Shown here: one piece after another, positions 47,085 to 51,695 of the stretch
Position numbering within the stretch: position 1 is the first letter of the stretch
Layout: the number at the start of each line of letters is the position of its first letter
Source of the DNA: Candidatus Aminicenantes bacterium
GTDB lineage: Bacteria; Acidobacteriota; Aminicenantia; Aminicenantales; Aminicenantaceae
NCBI GenBank assembly: GCA_030614685.1
Contig: JAUWTO010000001.1
Coordinates: 1-51,695 of the forward strand
DNA: 51,695 nt
Reading direction: 5' to 3'
Position numbers and translations under genes: made by a program
Notes under the pieces: generated by a model
Databases searched by the model: none
What the model was told of the DNA's origin: nothing
The model's input: only the letters and a program-made list of their open reading frames with translations

Positions 47085-48305
47085 ATGCGAAGATGTATCG
47101 TCCATATCGATATCGATGCCTTTTTTGCCGCGGTGGAAGAGCTGCTCGACCCCTCTCTTAAGGGAAAACCGGTGATCGTGGGCGGCCTCCCTCATGAGCG
47201 GGGCGTGGCCTCCACGGCATCGTATGAGGCCCGTAAATTCGGGATCCATTCCGGCATGTCCCTGCACCAGGCTTACCAGCTGTGTCCCCGGGGTGTGTTC
47301 ATAAGGGGGAACTACCAGGTCTACAGAGCGTTTTCGGAAAATTTCCTCCGGATCCTTTCCCAGTTCACCCCGGATGTGGAGTCCGCCTCCCTGGATGAGG
47401 CCTACCTTGATCTCACCCGCTGCAGCGCGCTCTATCCGTCCTTTTCCCGGGCTGTGCAGGATATCAAGCGGCGGGTGGAGCGGGAACTGGGCCTGGCGGT
47501 CTCGGTGGGGGTGGGCCCCAATAAGACACTGGCCAAGCTGGCCACCAATCGGGCGAAACCGGGGGGGCTGTTCGAGATCCAGCCCGGCGGGGAGGAGGAA
47601 TTCCTCAAGCATCTGGGGATCGAGCTGCTGCCGGGGATCGGGCCCAAGGCCCAGGTCATCCTGCGCATGCTGAACATCCAGCGGATCGGCGACCTGTGGG
47701 GCTTGCCGCGTGCCACCCTGCGCGCGCTGTTCGGCCTGAACGGCGAGGAGATCTACCTCCAGTCCCGGGGCGTGGACAGCCGGCCCCTGGCCTCCGCGAC
47801 CGTGCCCAAATCCGTGTCCCGGGAGAGCACCTTCCTGGAGGACCTCTGGGAGCAGCGCTTGCTCCTGGCCCACCTGGCCTACCTCTGCGACCGGCTGACC
47901 CTGGCCCTGCGCAAGGACCGCCTCTTCGCCCATATCGTGGAGGTCAAGGTCCGGTACTCCGATTTCAAGACCGAGGGCCGCCGCCGGCTCCTGCTTTCGC
48001 CCCTGCAGGACATGGGAGAGATCTTCCGCATCGCCCGGGAGCTGTTCGGCGAACTGTGCACGGGGTCGCGCCTTTCGCTGCGCCTGGTGGGGGTCAAAGC
48101 CTCCGACCTGGTCCGGGGGCGGCCCCTCTCCCTGTTCGAGCCCTATTCCCCGCGTCAGGAGCAACTGGGACCGGCCATGGACCGGGTGCGGGAGAAATAC
48201 GGCTTTGGTTCGCTGCTCACGGTGCGCGAGAAGATGCTGGACGAGATCTACAGCTTTGAGAAGCGGCAGGGGTTTGTACTCAAGACCGCCTCCCTCACCA
48301 AATGA
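47085..48305 (+). CDS. dinB: DNA polymerase IV (Y-family)
   Basis: About 406 aa. HIDIDAFFAAVE and SLDEAYLD catalytic motifs are intact. PLSLFE resembles a clamp-binding motif. ATG 47085 was chosen (the ORF opens at GTG 47076). Confidence 0.9.
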   Translation: MRRCIVHIDIDAFFAAVEELLDPSLKGKPVIVGGLPHERGVASTASYEARKFGIHSGMSLHQAYQLCPRGVFIRGNYQVYRAFSENFLRILSQFTPDVESASLDEAYLDLTRCSALYPSFSRAVQDIKRRVERELGLAVSVGVGPNKTLAKLATNRAKPGGLFEIQPGGEEEFLKHLGIELLPGIGPKAQVILRMLNIQRIGDLWGLPRATLRALFGLNGEEIYLQSRGVDSRPLASATVPKSVSRESTFLEDLWEQRLLLAHLAYLCDRLTLALRKDRLFAHIVEVKVRYSDFKTEGRRRLLLSPLQDMGEIFRIARELFGELCTGSRLSLRLVGVKASDLVRGRPLSLFEPYSPRQEQLGPAMDRVREKYGFGSLLTVREKMLDEIYSFEKRQGFVLKTASLTK

Positions 48306-48464
48306 CCTGGGTCATCTGCAGGCCGATCTCACCACATCGGCATCGTCGCGGCCCATTCGGCGTAGTTCACTACAGCCTCACGGCCCGCTTCCTTGCCGCT
48401 GCAGCAATCTCGACCCGCAGATGACCCAGGTATTGGAGTGATAAAAGAATGTCGATACGAAATC
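48305..48464 (+). repeat. Structured intergenic element, copy A (15-bp perfect inverted repeat bracketing internal hairpins)
   Basis: ACCTGGGTCATCTGC (48305-48319) and GCAGATGACCCAGGT (48417-48431). Internal hairpins GCCGAT/ATCGGC (48322-27/48336-41) and GTAG-TTCA-CTAC (48362-48373). The core resembles 51403-51546. Confidence 0.6.
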
Positions 48465-48527
48465 TATGGAACATGATCGGTGTTTTTTATCTGTCGGCCC
48501 GTAAATGATCCAGGTGCAAGTGGAGCG

Positions 48528-51293
48528 ATGATGTTCATACCGCTGCGGGTGCACTCGGTTTACAGCAAGGGGAGGGGAGGGGTGCTGCTGCGGGAGTTGG
48601 CCGCCTGGGCCGTCCGGGAAAATCTCCCGGCCGCAGCGCTCTCCGACCTGGAAAACCTCTACGGCTGGGCGCGCTGGAAGCGGGCCGCACAGGAAAGCGG
48701 GCTCCGGCCCGTGTTCGGATGCGAGCTGGAGCTCGGGGAGCGGAGGTTCCTGCTCCTGGTCAAGGAGCGGGAGGGATACTGGACCCTGATGGAGGCCCTT
48801 AATGGTCGCGCCCTGACCAGCACCCGGGGGCTGGTGGTCATCTTCATCCCCCGGCCGGAGGACCGTGACTTTCCGGGAGAGCTGGGGCCGTTCCTGGGTG
48901 AGGACCTTTATCTGGGGGGCGACTTCTTCAATCTGGAAACGGTCAAGACATGGTCCGTGAAACACGGCCTGCCGGCGGTCTGGGCCCACCCCCTGAAGTT
49001 CATCCGCCATCCCGAGCGGCTCATCCTGCTGCACACCATCCACAAAAAAATCCCCTTCCCTCCGGAGCGGGACCGCCTCGGCCGCCGGATGCCGATTTTC
49101 GGGCCATCCCAGGCACACCTGGCAGTAAAAAGGTTCGGGCCGGATGTCAAACCGCTCTTCCGCGCGACCTTCGAGGTGGCCGAGAAGTGCCGGTTCGCCT
49201 TCGAAGGCATCGTCCCTAAGCTCCCTGGAGACCTCTTCCCCACGAGCCTGCGGGACGTGGTGATGGAGAGGCTTCGGGAGCGCAAGGACCTGAGCTGGAA
49301 GGAGCGGAAGCAGGCCCAGTTGGAACTGGAGGTCGTGGAGAGGTCAGGCTTTGCACCGTATTTCCTGGTGGTGCATGATGTAGTGCAGTTCGCCCGCCGG
49401 CAGGGCATCCTCCACAACCTCAAAGGATCGGGGGCTTCCTCCTTTCTGGCCTATCTCCTGGGGATTTCTCACATCAGTCCCATCACCTTCGATCTCTACT
49501 TTGCCCGTTTCCTCAACTCGGGGCGGGACGATCCCCCGGATTTTGACCTGGACTTCGATTCGCGCCTGCGGGATCGGGTGCTGGAGTATGTGCTGGACAC
49601 ATACGGCCGGGGCCGGACCGGGGCCGCCTTCGTGTGCAGCCTGAAAAACTACCGGGCCCGCTCGGCCCTGTACGAGACAGCCCGCGCCTTCGGGCTTCCG
49701 CCGGCAGAGGCCCGGTCCATGAGCAAGCGGATCCCCATGTTCGAAGAGCCCGAGTACCTGAAAAAGGACCGCCCCCTGCCCGGCTGTGAGGAGATCTGGG
49801 CCTCCGCCTCGGAGCTGACCTCGGTGTACTGTGAGATCTCCCTGCATGTGGGAGGCGTGCTCCTCACGCCGGCGCCGGCCTGCCGGTATCTCGCGCTGAA
49901 AGAGTCTGCCAAGGGCCTGCTCATGTCGCATTTCGACCGGGATGCGGTCGAGGACCTAAAGCTCATCAAGCTGGACCTTCTGTCCGTACGGGGGTTGGCC
50001 GCCATCTCGGGCACCCGAAAGGCGCTCGATATCCGGAGCATCCCCCCGCAGGACGGCCCCACCTTCCGGCGGCTGCAGAAGGCGGAGACCATCGGCTGCT
50101 TTCAGGTGGAGAGCCCGGCCATGATGAACCTGCTCCGCCGCATGCGGCCGGAGACCATCCATGACCTGACCCAGGCCCTGGCTTTGATCCGTCCGGGGCC
50201 GACCGAAAGCGGGATGAAGCAGGCTCTGCTGCGCGGCCGGGAGGGGAAGCCGGTGTCCCGCGACCCCCTCCTGTCCCGGATCCTGCCAGAGACCGGAGGC
50301 TTGCTGCTGTACGAGGAGCAGGTGATGCAGATTGCGGACCGCGTGGCCGGGATGCCGCCGGAGGAGGGTGATCTGCTCCGGCGCAGCCTCAAAAGGAAAG
50401 GGGCGGAAACGCCTTTCAAGGAAAAACTCTTTCGGGAGGCGGGAGAGCGCGGGTTCACTACGGGAGAGATCAGGAAGCTTTGGGCCATCATGGACAAATT
50501 TTCCTCCTACTCCTTTAACAAGGCCCACAGCGCGTCCTACGCCTGGATCGCTTACCAGGCGGTGTATCTCAAGACCCACCACACGCTGCCGTACCTTACG
50601 GCGGTGCTCAACGCCGGCGGCGGCTACTACGGCCTCCCCGAGTACATTGAGGAGGCCAAGCGGTGCGGGCTCCGGTTCCTGGGGCCGGATGTCCAACGCA
50701 GCGGCTATCATTTTGAGGTGGAGGGCCCCAACATCCGGGTGGGCCTGCTGTCCATCAAGGGACTGGCCGTCCGGACCGCGGACAAGATCTTCGAGGAACG
50801 CAGGGGCGGGCCTTTCCACTCCATCGAGGATTTCCTGCTGCGGGTGTCTTTGACAAAAGCCGAGCTGTTTGCCTTGATCAAGGCCGGCGCGTTTGATTCG
50901 CTGGAGCCGACGCGCACCCGGCAGATCCTGCGCTATTTCCGTGGGCTCGAGGGGATCGGGGAGGTCGCCGACCTCAACACCAAGCAGAAAAAGCGGATGC
51001 TGGTGGAATCCCTGGGCTTTGACCCGGAGGGCGATTCACTCGTGCTGTTCGAAGGGAAGCGGCCGGAGCTCCGGATCAAGGACCTGAAACGATATGCCGG
51101 CCATGAAGTAGAGCTGGTCGTCCGGGTGGTCGATGCCCGGCTCAAGGGCGTCAACAGCGGCCGCAAGTATTTTTTTCTGTTCGAGGATGACACCGGGCTG
51201 CTGGAAGGCGTGGGCGAGACGAGGTGCCTGACGTTCGGATCGCCGCCGGCCTGTTTCCTGCGCGCCGAGATCCGCAGCGATGGGAAGGGGTGA
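48528..51293 (+). CDS. dnaE2: DnaE2-like (error-prone) DNA polymerase III alpha-family protein, compact form
   Basis: About 921 aa. PHP start FIPLRVHSVYS, palm motifs KGSGASSF and PPDFDLDFDS, FNKAHSASYA, and a C-terminal OB-fold-like region. No room for a tau-binding C-terminal domain. Start is ATG 48528 or 48531 (the ORF opens at 48480). Confidence 0.8.
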   Translation: MMFIPLRVHSVYSKGRGGVLLRELAAWAVRENLPAAALSDLENLYGWARWKRAAQESGLRPVFGCELELGERRFLLLVKEREGYWTLMEALNGRALTSTRGLVVIFIPRPEDRDFPGELGPFLGEDLYLGGDFFNLETVKTWSVKHGLPAVWAHPLKFIRHPERLILLHTIHKKIPFPPERDRLGRRMPIFGPSQAHLAVKRFGPDVKPLFRATFEVAEKCRFAFEGIVPKLPGDLFPTSLRDVVMERLRERKDLSWKERKQAQLELEVVERSGFAPYFLVVHDVVQFARRQGILHNLKGSGASSFLAYLLGISHISPITFDLYFARFLNSGRDDPPDFDLDFDSRLRDRVLEYVLDTYGRGRTGAAFVCSLKNYRARSALYETARAFGLPPAEARSMSKRIPMFEEPEYLKKDRPLPGCEEIWASASELTSVYCEISLHVGGVLLTPAPACRYLALKESAKGLLMSHFDRDAVEDLKLIKLDLLSVRGLAAISGTRKALDIRSIPPQDGPTFRRLQKAETIGCFQVESPAMMNLLRRMRPETIHDLTQALALIRPGPTESGMKQALLRGREGKPVSRDPLLSRILPETGGLLLYEEQVMQIADRVAGMPPEEGDLLRRSLKRKGAETPFKEKLFREAGERGFTTGEIRKLWAIMDKFSSYSFNKAHSASYAWIAYQAVYLKTHHTLPYLTAVLNAGGGYYGLPEYIEEAKRCGLRFLGPDVQRSGYHFEVEGPNIRVGLLSIKGLAVRTADKIFEERRGGPFHSIEDFLLRVSLTKAELFALIKAGAFDSLEPTRTRQILRYFRGLEGIGEVADLNTKQKKRMLVESLGFDPEGDSLVLFEGKRPELRIKDLKRYAGHEVELVVRVVDARLKGVNSGRKYFFLFEDDTGLLEGVGETRCLTFGSPPACFLRAEIRSDGKG

Positions 51294-51402
51294 TCCAAGG
51301 CCTTCAACTGCACCTTCCTAAACCATTCATAAGACTTGCCGATCATAACACTAGAATTAAGGAAAAATTTATCTCGATCGGCAATTCTTACCCTCCGGGC
51401 GA

Positions 51403-51546
51403 GCCGATCTCACGGCATCTACTTCGTTGCGGCGGGTTCGCAGTAGTAAACTACAGCTTCACCCACCGACGCCTCGTATCTGCCATAACCTCCACTCGTG
51501 AATGAATCAGAAACCGGGATCATTCATAAAAGCTGCCGACAAATTC
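51403..51546 (+). repeat. Structured intergenic element, copy B
   Basis: Shares GCCGATCTCAC, GGCATC and a 37-nt block (28/37 identical by my hand alignment) with copy A. This block includes the hairpin GTAG-TAAA-CTAC (51443-51454) and an ATAAAAG..TG.CGA..AAAT tail. Confidence 0.55.
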
Positions 51547-51591
51547 AGATTCAAAGAGCATTCAATATTTATGGTTCAGGGATGCTGTTGG

Positions 51592-51621
51592 TTGACCGGA
51601 GGTGGGGAAAATCACTACAAT
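51592..51621 (+). promoter_or_regulatory. Sigma-70-like promoter upstream of the peroxiredoxin gene
   Basis: TTGACC (51592-51597), 18 nt, TACAAT (51616-51621); 32 nt before the ATG at 51654. Confidence 0.5.
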
Positions 51622-51653
51622 ACCCGGGCACATTATAGAGGAGGATAGGCAGA

Positions 51654-51695
51654 ATGATACAAGTCGGAGACATGGCCCCCGAATTTACCCTGAAG
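51654..51695 (+). CDS. Peroxiredoxin (Bcp/AhpC family), only the first 14 codons are in the window
   Basis: MIQVGDMAPEFTLK is a typical peroxiredoxin N-terminus. GAGGAGGA RBS 8 nt upstream. Not in the ORF track because it is truncated. Confidence 0.55.
   Translation, partial: MIQVGDMAPEFTLK

Noticed and set aside
47085-48305. ImuB (the inactive Y-family component of the imuA-imuB-dnaE2 cassette).
   Set aside because: The catalytic acidic residues (DIDAFF, SLDEAYLD) and the DinB-like length (about 406 aa) are retained. ImuB proteins lack these residues and are longer.
48378-49118. 246-aa minus-strand ORF starting inside dnaE2 and ending in element A, and the 93-aa ORF at 51224-51505 across element B.
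   Set aside because: There is no RBS, and the composition is typical of antisense GC-rich artefacts. The two element copies are read in different frames, so the shared sequence is not protein-coding.

Overview
GC-rich (judged by eye) chromosomal segment from a diderm, probably anaerobic, bacterium. I recognise 41 protein-coding genes; the first and last are cut by the window edges. Genes are tightly packed, with many 4-8 nt start/stop overlaps. I saw no rRNA, tRNA, CRISPR array, transposase or integrase. In order: (1) a translationally coupled redox operon (NuoF/HydB-like flavoprotein, Fdh/NuoG-like Fe-S/molybdopterin subunit, NfnA, NfnB); (2) CoA-transferase, a short RNase HIII, AlaX; (3) two MacB/FtsX-type permeases; (4) PK_C-like protein, pseudouridine synthase, a Lon-like protease with a degenerate ATPase, and a GNAT-like protein; (5) crotonase, ribH, nusB, lysS; (6) an envelope block lolC-lolD-bamA-skp-fabZ-lpxA-lpxI plus a Gfo/Idh/MocA oxidoreductase; (7) M48 protease plus a LolA-like protein, and an aminotransferase; (8) a 1384-aa secreted M14 carboxypeptidase-domain protein divergent from a SpoIID/SPOR protein; (9) nhaC, acpS, an ACS-family ligase, a small carrier protein, kbl, convergent tdh and an SDR; (10) lexA, dinB, a compact dnaE2-like polymerase, and the start of a peroxiredoxin. 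Most of this is ordinary housekeeping and I see no obvious defence island or mobile element. Four things merit a second look: the composite NuoF/MopB/NfnAB operon (possible new electron-bifurcating assembly, with an Fdh-like subunit that seems to lack the catalytic Sec/Cys); two diverged copies of a hairpin-rich non-coding element of about 145 nt flanking the dnaE2-like gene in a lexA-dinB-dnaE2 cassette that lacks imuA/imuB; the acpS-ligase-carrier protein-kbl/tdh/SDR cluster; and the giant M14 protein. All homology statements come from motif recognition by eye, not database searches.
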